A DNA stretch of 64,000 bases, taken from Pocillopora damicornis. Taxonomy: Eukaryota. This document shows positions 37,444 through 52,286 of this stretch, piece after piece. The notes beneath the pieces are model-generated. The model was not told where the DNA came from. It saw only the letters and a list, made by a program, of their open reading frames with translations, and did no database searches. The position numbers were made by a program, and so were the translations under genes. The DNA lies in assembly GCF_003704095.1 (NCBI RefSeq), contig NW_020847478.1, positions 124,001 through 188,000 on the forward strand, in the 5' to 3' direction. Every line of letters starts with the position of its first letter. Within the stretch, counting starts at the first letter, position 1.

Positions 37444-40400
37444 ATCAATAATCGTGCTCAGACGATGAGGAATGGTAATGACAGTGCTGTCAAGGAGGCA
37501 GTTTCGGATAATTTCTTGAATGAGGCGATCCGTTCTGTAATCCACAGTGGACGACGCCTCGTCTATTACAATGACTTTGTTTTTCTGAAGAAGCGCACGT
37601 GCAAAGGAGATGAGTTGGCGCTCACTTGGACCCAGGGTAGCTCCACAATCCGCGAGGTCCTGTTGCAACTGTTTGGGAAGGCTCTCGACCCAGGACTTCA
37701 AATGACATTTCTCAAGGACTTCCCAGATCTCCCTCTCGGTATGGCTAAGGAATGGATCCACGTTCATGCGTAGTGTGCCCATGAAGAGGATTGGCTCCTT
37801 GGTAATAATTGAAATGCCACGCCTACTCCTTTGAAGGTCAAGGTTGTTAATAGTGACATCGTCAATCATTATCTTACCTGCACAGTCCGGGACCAATCGA
37901 AACAGTGCATTTATGATAGACGACTTTCCAGCTCCTGGACGTCCTGTGATGCCAAACCTCTCCCCAGGGTACACATCAAAGGAGATTTCTTTTAATACCC
38001 TGGACCCTTCTCTACTGTAGCTCAAGGAGATGTTTTCGAAGGAAACTGCGCCGTCTTTTGGCCATGGCACTGGAGGCTGGATCTCCATGGCGTATCCAGG
38101 TTCTGGTACAATCTCTGCGCAGGCCAAGTTGCGATAAACAGCACTCATATAATTTTCAACTTCAAAGGAACGTTTGACGCCATTTTGCGACACATCATTC
38201 AACAACTGAAGGGTGTAGATCAGTGACAGAATGGTGCTGGCTGAAACAGTTTAAAGATAGGATTAGACTTTTAGTAACAAAATCTCTTAAATGTTTATCA
38301 AGTCACCCTCACAAAGTACTCGTACTGTTTCCCGAGGTAACCAGTCGATACAATCGATTTCAGGCGATGCCAAATAGATATTACATATTATCTTTAAATA
38401 ATCTGAGGCTAGGGGCCCGATTGTCAAATTTCAAAAGTCCAGGTAAATTGAAGGGCCCAAAGCTATATTTTACAAGGTGCAGAGAAGCAGGTACCGGCTT
38501 CCTGACCAGTTCATTTTGTTTCTGTAGCTTTCAGTAAAACATTCTAAAAACAATTTACCGTATGAAAAAGGCGGCAGTTACTTTCATTCAAAAATACCTG
38601 CATCCAGCTTCACATAAAACGCTCCAGCAACCACTGAAACAATGAAGAGTACGCACACTGAGTCGAGGCGGAACCCGATCCAGCTCCAACATGAGGTAGT
38701 CATGCACCATCCTTGACTGTGTGAATCTTGGTAACTAACAGAAATCAAACCGCAAGTTTTATTATGATATGAATAATTATCACATAATAGAATTATTATT
38801 GTGTCATGGTCCTTGGAAAAAGAGAGAGACAAGGCTTTCATGTGTTTAAATTCCGAACGTAAAAAGTTTCCCAAGACACACAGGAAAGAGTAGCATAACT
38901 CATTAGCTTTCCTTTGTCTTTGATCCCTTAAAAATACACCTTTAGAAGAGTACCAATGCAGAGACATTCGACTGTCAGTATTAAAGTACTGTTTTTAAAG
39001 TAGTAATAGCCGGAATTATTCAAGTTAATTATATACAGACACCATTAGGTGTTGGTTTAAGATACTAAGTCATTTAGTGTCGGTGTAGTTGATGACGAGG
39101 CAGCGTTTAAGATAGCGTCAGATAATACTAAATCATGTTATGCAAAATGTAACTGAAAAAAATTACACGAACCCATAGAAATCCTCTGTGAAGGACTTCT
39201 GCATACTGTGAGTCCTGATCGTCACCAGTCCCATCAACGTCTCCGAGAAATGAGATACCACTGGCTTTCGAGAGCTGATCTCCAGTCTTCTAACTTGGCG
39301 CGCGGTTTTGAGAGAGTAAGCCCATAATAAGAGAAACAAAACAAACAGCGGTATTCCACCTAAAAGTACGCTCGGATTGAGAACCACTGGGAGGAGAAAG
39401 GCTGAGATGGCGAATAGGGTTATCTGAATGGCGCGCAGAAATACACTTGGTAAAAGTTCGTCCATGCACCCGATATCTTTTGAAAAGCGGTTCAAAATGC
39501 TAATGGCTGAATTCGTGTCAAAAAATAAGACTGGTGCACGAAGAATAGAAACAACCATATTCTGGTGAAGGCGTTCGGATGAACGTAAGGTGGTAGCGAA
39601 GAAAAACGAAGCACGCATGATTGACAGCATGAATACTCCGCCCACCATAGCGGCATAAATATACCAAGTGGTCTGATCGAGGTTCAACAGAGTAGCAGAC
39701 TCACTCATGCGCAATAGCCACATGTCCGGGATGAGAATGGCTCCTGTAGAACGAAGAGAATTTTAACTATCCCCGAACTTTTTTAGTCGCATTCATTAAA
39801 TAGGTAAAAGTAAAGCTAAATGAAAGCAGCAGAGCGATGCCGATCTTGCTAAGCAAGCTGATATAAGTTTGTTGAAAAATTGGTTCGAATCAGTTTTCGT
39901 TATGCTAACAATCGTGCACCCCCATGGAAAAATCAGGAGTTCTTAGGATGCACGTGTTTCGCTCTTCATTAGTAAGAAAGTGTTTATTAACTATAGCGAA
40001 ATATTACAGAATATGGAAGGAATTCAGGAAGATGCTTGTCATGGACGATCCTCACACTTACTCTACTGCTGGTCTAGAACCTTGTTCCTGAATTATCCCT
40101 GTATTTGCAGTAAGACTTTATTTCTCTTGTATTTCTTACCTTGAACGACAAAGGTAAACAGTGCAAATACAACGATGAATGGTAGACAGGCGCCGGTTCT
40201 GAGATAATTCCACAGAATTGTGCATGACACAGGCCCCATCATTTCTTCTTCTTCAAACAGGTTCGAACGTGTGCGATACTTTTCTTGAATTTCCTCTTCG
40301 ATAGCAAATTCCACCGTCTTGTTACTCGGACACTTTCTCTCCCTCTCACGGGATTCTCCGGGCGAGTGGAGCTTCACGGACCGGTATCCCATCACCTGTG

Positions 40401-43321
40401 ACGTAACTTCGTTTACAATTGTCCCAGCGCGCATGGTCAAAATTTGATCCGCTCGCTCAACGTATTGTAATTGGCGGCTCGCTAGAATTCGTATTCTTTT
40501 TGAAAGCAGCCCGCACACGCATTTACCAAAAACCTGCTCAGCGACTCTTGCATCGACAGGTGCAAAGGGGTCGTCCAACAGATAAATATCGGCGTCTGAA
40601 TATGCTGCCCTTGCAATTCCCATGCGAGCTTTCTGATCTTCTGTCAAACTGAGGCCATTGTTCCCCACGAAAGTCAGGTCTCCATCCGAAAGCTTGTCAA
40701 TGTCCTTCTGTAAGTTGCACGCATTAACTATGGCCTGATACCTAAACGGATTGTACGGCTTACCAAACAAAATGTTTTCACGAAGGGTGTTGGAGAAAAT
40801 CCAAGGTATCTGAGGCACATACGCAATCTTTCCCACGCAGGAGATGTATCCCTCAGTTGGAGGAAGTTCCCCAAGGATAGCTGCAAGGAGGGAGGATTTT
40901 CCGCACCCTGCAGGACCGTTGATTAAAGTCAGTTCCTTGCTAGCCGCCCTGAAAGTAATGTTCCTCAGCACGACAGACTTATTTCCGCCTCCCCAATGAC
41001 AAGACACGTTTTCAAAGGTCACATGAATATCATTCGAAGGATTGTCGGGTGCATCGAGAGATCTTTGCTTGATTAGTACAGGCTCATACTGTGGGACGCT
41101 CTTTCCAGATCTTATGTCATTGGAGATCTTTGTCACGTCTTCCGCAGACAGGTACTTTGACATCTCGGCGTCAGTCAAATCTAAGAAGGAGCGGATTTTC
41201 GAGCGGGTTCTCTTCCTGCTGTACGTGTCTTCCGAGTAAACAGATTCCTCGAGCTCCAGAAATGTTTGAATTCTCCCTAAGGATCCCGTCACAGCACCGA
41301 TGAAATTGACACCGGCGGCAAACTTGGATGAGGCAGACAGACGGATTGTCCTTATCAGTGCGAGGACCATGAAGATACTGTAAGTAGACAACTCCACTCC
41401 TGTGATGATGAGAACTGTTAGCGATATGAAACACGCCACAATGGAGCTTGTGTGAAGAAAAGTCTCAAACGTTGATAAGATGGCACTCTTCTGGCGGACA
41501 TACTGTAGTTCCTTCCTGTTGAAGATCAAGATTTATTCAGTAGATGAATATTTTCGAGGGCGACTACATTTATCAGCAACTGAAACTAACTAAATTTTTT
41601 CTGCATCTCTGTTCACTTACTCAAATTTTCTCATCGCGTCATACGGGATCTCTCATACCTTCGTATCTCTTCCACTTTCCTCTTGTAAGGCCATTCCCAC
41701 GTGTTCATCTTGATTGCGCGGATTCCATTAACGATGTGTTTCATAACTCCCATTCTCCGCTCCGTCCAACGTGCAATGCGCAGGCGTAATTTCATACATA
41801 CGTCCCACATACCGATGTAATAGGCCAGAAGGAAGATTAAGAAAATGATACCGGATACAGCTTGGAAACCAACAAGGCGCCAGATCAGAGCCGTCACGGT
41901 GACAAGTTCTACGAGCCCCTGCAGAGTGTATCCCACTTTCTGAAAGATTTGATCCAGGCGCTGAGCATCATGGGTAATCAAAGCGATGATGTGACCAGGT
42001 TGGACCCGCGTGAGGTCTTTGAGCCGTAACTTGAAAATCTTGAAAAAATAAATATTGAAAGAAGAATGCAAGAAAAGTTGAGATATTTATTTCTCATATA
42101 AGTTGTTATTTCATCCTTTTTGCCACGATTCAGAGCGCTGGAATTAAAGCTCGAAGAAACAGTCAAATCGAGTTATTCATGGAAGACACGAAATACACGT
42201 AATTCAAACGTTACTCTGTGTATAAATATTTTTAACACATCTAAAAATATAATTTCAGTAATTCCACTTGTAAACGATACGAAAAAAATCAAAAGACCAC
42301 TTTTTTCATCATATATGCATATCTTATGCATATCTCGTCCGCGATATTGACTGAACCAGTGCTAAATTATCATTTTAGCATATTCATCAAGGAAGCGTCG
42401 CTTCAAAAGCCACTTTTTTGCTCTTAACAGATTTCAACGTCATCTGAGATTTTTGACTCAACAGACGCTGAGATGTATAGCAACATGCAATCTATCTGTT
42501 GATTAATGACTAGGCCTTTTCGCGAGTTTCAATTCTTTATAAAAATGCTTTTAATAATGTTGGACAAACACATTTCATCTTAACAGTCAAACTCGTTCCC
42601 AGGGATTTCTCTTTTTAGGTAAGGGAGAACCTGGTGGCTAGGTTCCACGACAGTAGAGACAGTTTAGGAATAGGTTGATCTGGCGGCAGGTTTCTGATTT
42701 ACGACGGAATTCTCTTCGTGGTCTACACCTAATTTTCTTAAGTTAAGTATCTTGCCCTTTTAAAATCGTTTGTACCTTCTTGTAAATGACACCAATCGCA
42801 GCTGCCCTCCAGCGCATGCCCATGTAGTCCACCTTGCTCTGATACTGATTCATGGCCAGTATGTGAAACAAAGCACTGCAACAGAGCCCACCAGCAAACA
42901 AACACAGCCAGCGGTCGTATTGCACATTCCCACCATGCAGCATTGAAGATAACAGAAGGCCAAGTAACAGAGGCTGTAGAATATTACAGGCCACGGCGAT
43001 GAAAAGAGAGAGACCTGCTAAGGCGAAGTCGCTCCACGGTAAAACCTTCATCATTGCCCTGGAAAGTCGTGCCTTTCGTCCCTTGATGTGCGAGTTTCGT
43101 ATTTCCTCGTGCCATGTTTGTTCCAGCTTTTCCGTTAGACCTTTGCATCTGTCCTCATCTAGAAGTGGGTAAAGGTCGCTGTGTTCTAAAACCCGTTTGT
43201 TGCCGATGTTCATTAAGTTGTTCATCCAGGAGAAGAAGAGACGAGACAAAATTCCCGCTCGTTCCTTAGGATTTTTCATAAACAGGGAATATTTCCACGA
43301 TTTGTCATATGAAGACTGCAT
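37444..43321 (-). CDS. ABCC4: ABCC4/MRP4-like ABC transporter (no TMD0), about 1300 aa; exons 43321-42776, 42038-41659, 41515-40140, 39743-39173, 38734-38598, 38240-(37444, C-terminus in gap)
   Basis: Lasso motif NPKERAGILSRLFFSWMN; GIRAIKMNTWE; NBD1 GPAGCGKSS/YVPQIPWIF/IYLLDDP; TMD2 FFDTNS...ILNRFSKD; NBD2 GRPGAGKSS/VIVIDEA/IPHRL. All five introns are GT-AG with consistent phase. The symbol is a family-level assignment, not proven orthology. Confidence 0.9.
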
Positions 43322-45754
43322 ACTTAATGAGGTTTCTTCTGTGAGTAAATCAGGATTAGATTAAGGACGGGCCGGATACACTTCTACGTCGTGAGTCCGT
43401 AGGGAATGTCGCCTGAGAAACGACCTATGAGTAGAGGAAGGAAATGTTGCAGGGGAATATCATAGTTTAACTTTTACTCTTACCGTGAATTAACAAGGAA
43501 GAACTTTGTGCGCACCGACTTTAGGTATTAGAAAGGCCTAACAGACTTCTCTCAAGACAGTTGTCGTGGGTTTTTCTTAAATTGGTCGAAATCATGAAGC
43601 CAATTTCAATTAAGGATAAAAATAAACTGAGATAGAGGGGTTACAAAATTCAACACCAGGAAAATATTATGTGAAACCACCATCAATACTTGCGAACATA
43701 CATATTCTGTCCGTTGCCATTTCTTTGTTTTAAGAGACTGAATTCTGTATGAGATTTCAACTAGTTTAACTTCTAAACATTTCAGAGGAATACTCACAGA
43801 AAAAGTGTGAAAATCAAGCGTACTAAAATGTTACGGTAATATGAAAACAGATGTCCGAATTTTGTTTGAATAGCTCGGTTGTTATCTCATTGCAGCTTTT
43901 ACTGCGCTTGCATGATCACATGGTGCATAGTCTTCGTGACGTCTTAAGGGACTTGATCTTCCCGTTGAATCTCCCCGATCCATGTTTTAAAAAGATACGA
44001 GAGAGGTGGGTGAAAATGTTATTCTAAATGAAAATATATTACAAAAAAAATAAACTTACCTTTTTATTACCGTCTCTTCTCAATGTATACCACGCAATTT
44101 GAAGCGCACGTTTCCCCTGTCAGATGCTCTTCAAAATGGCTGATTACAGAAAACTGTTCATGGCGAAGACAAAATAGTTTAGGTTATCAATTGTTTCTTA
44201 CAGTAATTGCCGCCAAAGCGGCATACAACAGACGGTGCCGGTCAAGGTGTTGGATTTTCAAAAAGATCTGCGTACATATTTTCGCAGCTTTGATTTTGCG
44301 GGTTGATTCACAAAGAGATAACTGGGAATTTTGAAAAATTTAGCTTTGTTTATTTCCTGTCTTGGGTTCAAAGATCACCTTTTTTCAGTTTTAATCAAAT
44401 TTACTGTTATACTCGTTTCGATGATTTGTGAAGAGCTAAAAATGAAATAGTTTGAAGGAACAGAAAAACTTTATTTTTTTTGCGGTCATTTACGTAAAAA
44501 AATAAGGCGGACTGCTCATGTGATTGAATGCATTGCAAAACTTTCACGTTTTTACTCGAAAATATCTAAAATAAATATAAAATAATTAGTGGGCAATAGT
44601 GATGTTGTAGTAATGTCAGTAGTTTTTTGATGTAGCAAAATTCATCGATGTCAAGAGGAAACTAAATTTCGCTTTTTTTTTAATTTTTTGCTATTTTTAT
44701 CAACCCCACCAGCTGGCGTGAATAAGGCAGAAGTTGGGATAAAAAAGAATTGAAAAAAGAAACGAATTTTGCCAGATATTTTCGGAAGCTGTAATATTTT
44801 TGCCAATGTTTTTAACCATTTGTATAACAGTAAGAGCAGACTTGAATCACTCAGTGTGAATCTCACCATATGGTCAATCAATTTGGACTTAAAATTATGA
44901 ACGGGCAATTAACGAGTTTGATGGTAAAAAAAATATAACATGCTGACATATAAAGAATTGTCGGAAAAATCATAAGTGAACTCACCTTTTTGTGCTGTAG
45001 AATAAAACTCACATCCTTTCAAGATCTTGCAATTTGCATGAAACAAAAACCTCATTTTTAGACATCAAACATTAATTGACTTTGATTTATGACAGTCTTC
45101 GCGCTTTTAGCTGATAAATGAAACCGCAATGGAATGACGATCAAAGCATGCGCGACTGAGAACATGGCCAGCGGTGTCTCTGTGAAGTGATTTTAATTTT
45201 CCTCTCAGAAAGCAAATCAGATTTCATTGGATTTCTAAAATGAAACGGAGACCTTGTTTTATAGAGGAAGTATACCTTTTGATTAATCTATTCTCACGTA
45301 AACTACTTCTCTATCGCCTGGAGTCCATAGCCTTTAAAACCCTTGAAATACTTATCGTAAAATAAGTTATTATCTTTTTGTAAATAGAATACGAAAGATA
45401 GAAAGTTTAAAGCTCGGTAAAGAAATAGAGAGAGAAAAAATTCTGACGAAAAACTTGTTTCGCTAAGTTATAATCTTTTTCATGTCATTTTGTCCTACAT
45501 CTTTCCTTGAAATATTATGGGTCATCGCTCTTCCAGAATAATGACGAGTTCCAAACACGAGAACAGGTTTTACTGTCGTTCTCGAACACTCGGGAGCTGA
45601 GACCCGCGGGAGTTCCCGCGCGCTATTATGGCAATCAATATTCGGACCCAGTCTTTACACTGTCGCTCCATCACTGAGTACTTTCTCTGAAGAACGCTGT
45701 AAACACTTTGAACGAATTTCGTGGTTTTATTTGAAGTGCGATAGAAGACATCGC

Positions 45755-48700
45755 ATGGATAAAGAGATCAGAGACAAAAATGCAGAGGGAGGCAGCAGCG
45801 ACGAAGAAGAAGCTTTCGAAAGCGCCGATGAAGGAGAAGATGGAACCAAACACGGTAAACATTCTACCCGTGCAGTCGCCACGTCAGCTGACATTAGATC
45901 TCCACATTCCACGTCGAAAGAATCAGTTGGCATGAATGATGCCTCAATAACTAGGCAGGCAACCTCAGACGGTGATATTAGTTCCGAAAAAGAAGAGCTG
46001 GAGATGCGAAATTCAAGTATGGATGAAAACGTAGTGCAGGAAAACATCGTAGAGGGATACCTTAGAAAAGAAAAATCTACTGTGATACAGGACGAGAATT
46101 CACCTTCCACCGAAAAGATTGTAGATGAGAATTCGCAAGCTACTGAGTCAAGTGAGACAATCGATAAAAACGCCAAAACTAGGGCATCAAAGTCCTCCGA
46201 GGATGAGGAAACTGCTGCTATAAGCGAGAAAGAAGACAATATCAAACTCGACTCAGAAGAGCTTATAGACCATAGCTTGACAATGGAACACAACGATCAT
46301 CAGATTGCGGTGAACCAGGTTGATGTGTTAGCTAAGGAAAGAGCAGAAGCTGCAGGAAACTCTGAAAAAAGGCAGCAGCAGACGAAGGCTTCAGAATCAA
46401 ATGCTGGTGATCAAGTTGAAGATATAAAGCGTGACAGGTAATTGTTTGGTAAGGGGGGGATGGGGGAGTATGGTTAGGGTAGGATGGAGAAGAAAAGAAA
46501 AGCTATTGGTGAAGGGAGCCTAAGTTCAGTGAAAGCCTGGCTGTGTATCTTTGCTTGCTAATTGTTTCTCCACCTAACTGTTTCTAATGCTATTTACATT
46601 AACTGCGTAGAAAGTTAGGAATACATGACTGATTTCATTTAAAAGGTAAGTCATGATCGTCAGCTCTTCTATAAAATTAGGATGGTGAATTTGGCTATTC
46701 ACAAACATTTTTTTGTAGTCAGACTATGTATCAGGATTTTTTTGTTTCCAAAATGTGTTGGTTGAGAGATGTGAAAGAAAACTGAAGAGAAAGTGATTTC
46801 AGGTTGCTTTTAGCAAATAGGATCTAAACTTGCATAAATATTTTTTGTGACTAGTTCATTGGAGAGGCCAGTACAAGAAGCATCCAAGGCCAGTACCTCT
46901 GGAGGTTGGGGGTGGGGAGGCTGGAGCTCAGTGCTCTCTCAAGCGACAGCTTCTGTCACATCAGGGTTGTCTTCTGTTATTGAAACAGTAGAAACAACAC
47001 TTGGTGTTCCTGACCCAGAGGAGATGGCAAGGAAAGTGAGAGCAGAAGAAAAACAAGTAAAGGAGAAAGTGACAGAGGAACAAAATTCTGAACATTCAGA
47101 AGAAAGGAAAGGTGATAGCACCACTGAAGGTCAGTAAATTATGGTTTTTAATGTTTGATTTGCATGTTAGACCAAGATTATTCATTAGTTGTAGATGTGG
47201 TTTCTGCTTCTGGGATAGGATAATTTCTGGGCTATCTTACTGAACTATTTTACTCTTACTGTCTCTGTTGTGGATATTGGAGCATAGGGATTGAACCCCA
47301 TACCAAGCAGTTTCCTAAGAACCTCATACTGGTACTTTCTGGAGAAATTTTTTGTATGTGAAAACAGTCCCTCAGAAGAACAAGAGATGAAAATCTTGTA
47401 CAATAAGCATCTTAGATTAGTTTCTGAGAAAATTATATTCATTCGTAACTCTAGAAGAGTTGTTGGACATTATAAAGGAAAAATTAAATTTTAAAAGGCA
47501 TCCTTTTCAAGGGAAATTAGAAAACCAAAATTACACCTTCAGAAGGGAATTTATTAGGATATTGATAGATTTTCCAGAACATAATAAACATCAGAATTTT
47601 TTCCCTGAACACATCTACTGCTGTTTTTACTGTGTTAACTTTAACTCCCACAAGTGTTAAACATGTAACTTCTCCCTAAAATATCCATATGTTGTTCAGA
47701 AAACTGGTGATGAGAATACCCAAACTTATCTGGTATAAGTTGTTGTATTGATCTAACACCACATTCTAGTAACTAATTTACATGAAAATGTGTAGCAGCA
47801 AGAGGGGAGAGTTAGCAATTAGATCTTGAAAGTTAAAGAGTTAGAGGTTGTCAAGTTAGGCTTGTCAAGTGTTAAGTCATAATTTTGCACAAGCAAACAC
47901 TTTCATAACACTGATGACTAGTAGTGTTGCAATTATTTGTTTCATTTTTCCCTTTATACCAAACAGCTACTAGTGATTCTTTCTTCTCTGGGTTTGGTGT
48001 ATCAAACCTGACCAGTGTGGTGCAGAGCACTGGAATTGAGCTGGTATCAGGAGGGCTGGGTGCTTTGGAGTTTATTGGCAAAAAGACAATGACTGTTTTG
48101 TCTGAGGGTGATCCAGGACTGAGGCAAAAAAGAGAACAGATTGCAGGAAAAGGCCCAAGTCTCTCTCAGGCAAGTTCATAATGAACAATAAGAGTAGGAG
48201 CTTATCGTGTGAAAGTCGATGAGGACAAGTGCAAATCAATAATTTTTCACAGAAATTGGTAGCAAATAATCTAATTGTATTAGTTTAGATATATTATAAA
48301 CTTAATACAAGACAGGGTCATTATTCTATTTTGTGAACCACCACACAGTGTTAGGCTACAAACTTGACTTGCTACATCTATCACATAATAGATAGCAAGT
48401 GGTGTAGCAAATCAGATGGTAGCATTTGTGATAGAATGCAATTAGATTAATACTGATATGCTATATTATGTTGATATGCTATTTTAAGGGTGGCAACCAA
48501 GAATTTGGTAGGGATTGGTTGGAGGAGGTCTTTAATATGGTTTCTGGATAAAAGAAGAAAGTCAAATCTACTTTCAACCACCCCTGTCCCACTGTAGCAA
48601 CCTCCTTCCAGAGACACATTCTCTGTAGTGACAACTAATAAGCAAGTAAATGCGCCTTGGACACAGTTTTTGTTTCCAGTATGAAACATCCTGCAACAAT

Positions 48701-50167
48701 GAAGAAAACAGCAGCTTTTGGCAGTTGTCTTACTCAAGGAAATTGAAATTTTCTTCTGTTAGGTTTTAAGAGAGGCCAGAGAAGCATCCGAACAAAAAGC
48801 TACAGTTGAAGCGGAACAAACCACACCCATGGTAGACTTATGCGGCGAGTTTGACAAATTCCAAGGACTTGCTCACTTAGAAGCACTGGAGATGCTTTCA
48901 CGCGACAGTGAGGCCAAGGTGAGCAACAGAAAGACTTAGTTATTGACATTAGGCTCTTAATTCACTAAACAGTCCCTGTTAGATCCTCCTTCCCCCTTGG
49001 TAAATTGTTTTGCACCTTGCAATGTGCAAGCTACAACTGCATCTGTTTTGCACCTTGCAATGTGCCAGCTACAACTGCATCTAATGCCTGCATCAGCAGT
49101 GTTCTCCTTTTCAGGCTGTAACCATTACAACTTACCACTTGTATTCCCTTTATTGCCGCCTAAAACTGCCTGAAATTCTTGAAAATTCAACGGGTAAATG
49201 GTTTTTAGAACAGTTTTAAAATTTCTTTTACTTGTCACGCTTAGATTAAGGGAGAACACTGCACCACATGCAATTTCGATTTCCCTAAGCTACCGCATTG
49301 CTTGAAGCAATTTTCCCCCACCCTCCTCTCATACAATATCAAAGTTTGCGCCCCATAACAACATGATTGATTATAATTCCCTCCAATCATGGAAAACACC
49401 CAAAAAATGTCTGTCCGATATGTTCAAGTTTATGAATTATAGATACTAGTATATTAGTAACAAATTGTTTGCAGTAATTGTTTAGCTCATTTAAGCGTGT
49501 GTCGACCTTTTGCCTCCAGCTTGAATCCTGCATCATTGATTTAACGGAAGATGAGCTTCACATGCTGAAGCCTTTGTTACGAGCCGTGGAGGAAGTTTTT
49601 CACATCGACGACGACAACGACGCTGATGTCGAAGGGGCTGAAGACTTTAAATCGGTCGTGTTGGACAATGTCAAGTCGCTAAACCTGCCGTTTACTGCGG
49701 ACAAGATCATTTATTCACAGGAAAAGACAAGAGAATGGATTGCTTCTTGTGTTAAAGAACAGGACGATTCTCCGGGGAGCAAAGACGGAGTTGAAATTTA
49801 TAACACAGCCGTTTCAAGCTTGGCGGAGCTCACGGCTCGTACCGTGGAATCATTTCACAAGTTTACAGAACTGTTACTCCATCAAGCTGAGCAGGCTACG
49901 GAAACCTCGTCTCTTGTGCGTGCGCAATGCGTGCGTAAATTGACAGACGCAGTTTTAGAGGAGATTTCTATTTTGGCGACGCATTTCGCAGGTTGTTTGA
50001 ACACCGCTGCCGACGACTCAGAAAACCCTGACTCAGTCAGCTCTTTAATAACAACATTGTATCTTGATTCCTCGACAAGTGCAGACTATTTGAGAAACTC
50101 TTTGAAACTTTTACGGCCCGTTTTACAGCTTTCCTCCCTCAATGAGCAAAACCCTCCAAAAGGTTGA
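45755..50167 (+). CDS. FAM114A2: FAM114A1/A2 family protein; exons 45755-46437, 46855-47129, 47967-48169, 48763-48918, 49520-50167
   Basis: Acidic disordered N-terminus followed by GWGWGGWSS..LGVPDPEEM, GGLGALEFIGKKTM.VLSEGDPGL, LSQVLREA and FQGLAHLEALEMLS, all characteristic of FAM114. Exon phases are consistent; intron 3 is GC-AG. Confidence 0.88.
49006..49082. repeat. 2 x 38-bp tandem repeat in a FAM114 intron
   Basis: tgttttgcaccttgcaatgtgc(a/c)agctacaactgcatc occurs twice. Confidence 0.9.
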
Positions 50168-52286
50168 AGCGGACCCACAAGTATATTTGCAGAGAGTTCT
50201 TTTCTTGTAAAGTGCACTAGTTGATCATTCGCAATATGGGTAATTTGGTCACTTATACAAATAATTTAATCTTCAAATCGTTGCATATGTTCAAATGAAA
50301 GTTATTGCATCATAAATTTAGGAAATTCTATTTGTGTAATAAATCTTCTAGTACTGGTGCGCAGAAGATTGTCTCTATTCGATTCTTAAATATCCAGAAT
50401 AAAGTCACCAAATTTGGGCGCTAGTATGAACGATTAGACACCTTACACCCTAACATCAGTATTCATTTTCTCCATACTGTTCTCTATACATTTCCTGATG
50501 TACTGACAAGGAGAATTTGTTTAACAATCAAGAGGTTCTTCAGTTGATTATCATTTCCTTTATTCTCTTGACCTTAATGTTTGATTCAGAGAGAAATTAA
50601 AAATTCGATGCTAGTCACTCTCGGAGATTAAAGGATTAAAGAAAATTTTGCACGTTTGTAAATCCTTCCGGAAACCCCTGCCCAGGAGTGTTTAAAACGT
50701 GGAGTTCATTCCTTTGTGGGATTTAATTTATATAGACGTGAGCGCGAGATGCATTAGACACCCGGTTAAGAATTTCCGTCGATCTGTTATCTCCTCTAAT
50801 GCTCCGTTCCTTATTATCTATTCTTGTGTGAGTCTTCTGGTCTGCGTGTATTAACTTTACCGGCAAAGTGTGAACGGCGCATTGTTGTAGGAGATGCCAC
50901 TGATCTCTTACAATAATTGCAAGGCATGGTCAACTGAGGCAATTTTAAATTAAGTGTCGAAAGTAATCCATGATTGCGTTATTTTCGCTTTACTTGGCTC
51001 TGTGATTGATCCAAAAAACTCGCCCAACTCTCTCAACCAATCAGATGCAAAATTAAGACCAATCAACACTTTGTCGCCGCGTTTTCCCGCGCTTAACGCA
51101 GTTTGGTCGGTTCAACTTAATGGGCCACATATGGTAATCAATTTGGTTTTGGCTCTACCACACTTAATCAAAAAGCATTCCAATACCAATGCAATCGAGT
51201 GTTATCTTGGACACTCAACTGAACATTGCTCAAGACAAGCTCTACAAAACAATAAACAGAGTCAGTAGTAAAGTTCAAAACGTTTTATTCTTCATTCACG
51301 TGATCAGAGTACATTCAAGGAAACCATCACAACCACACGTTCGTAAGTCCTCATAATTGGTGCCTGAGTAGCAGGTCCTGCAGGAAACAAGTAAAATGGG
51401 GCACAAGGAAGAAAATCACAAGCAATTCTTCCATAAACGCGTCTGGGTATCAGGTGCCTTGTTCCTTTAATGAGCCTGCTACTCATGCGAGAGCGAAAGT
51501 TTTCAGTTGGCACGACACTTCAAATTTACCTACTTCACAATACAAAAATTATCGTAAAAACAGCAGTCCGGGCTTTCAGTTCCACTTGAAAATAATCCTA
51601 ATGAGGAAATTCTACATGCACAACTCGTCTAATGTTGAGTAATGAGAAATAATCCATGAAAAATTTCAAGTCAGGTCGATAGCCTGCTATTAGTAACATA
51701 ATGAGAAATAACCATAACAAAATCAACAGCAGCAAGTTCTAAGAAATTCTTTATTTCCACAGCTTGTAGGCATTGTACATCAGGTGGGCAGTAAATACTG
51801 CAAGTTACCACACCTCAAGAAGATTATCTTTATTCTTGAGTTAGCTAAATTGAGCTCCATTCAAACGGCCTGTTTCTTCAAAATTCAGTCCGAATTATCT
51901 TTGATAAAGAGTATCTGATGGAGCTCCGAACGCTTCAATGTTACGTTAGGCTTCCATCGCGCGCAAGAACGCCGATAAGGTGACATAATCATCACGAATA
52001 AAAAAATTATCGGAACGTGGGGAAATGACAGTGGCAACCAAAATTGCCGAGGGGGTTTACCTCTTCAAGAAGCATGCGCACAGAACAAGTCTCTAATAAC
52101 TTTCGCGCTTTTCACGCCAAGGAAACAACTGAAATTACAATCAACAGCTGGGATTCCAAGCAGGGGACAAAGGAGGGAATGATTTTGAAACAATTTTTCT
52201 TTCTTTCTTTTTTATGTAATTTGGCAGTTTGAAAATGCTAATGGAAGACGGACCGATCATCAAGGAACTGCCCTGAATTAGAGTGA

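Noticed and set aside
45727-46293. 188-aa minus-strand ORF and similar antisense ORFs over PCF11 and ABCC exons
   Set aside because: Shadow frames of genuine exons on the opposite strand.
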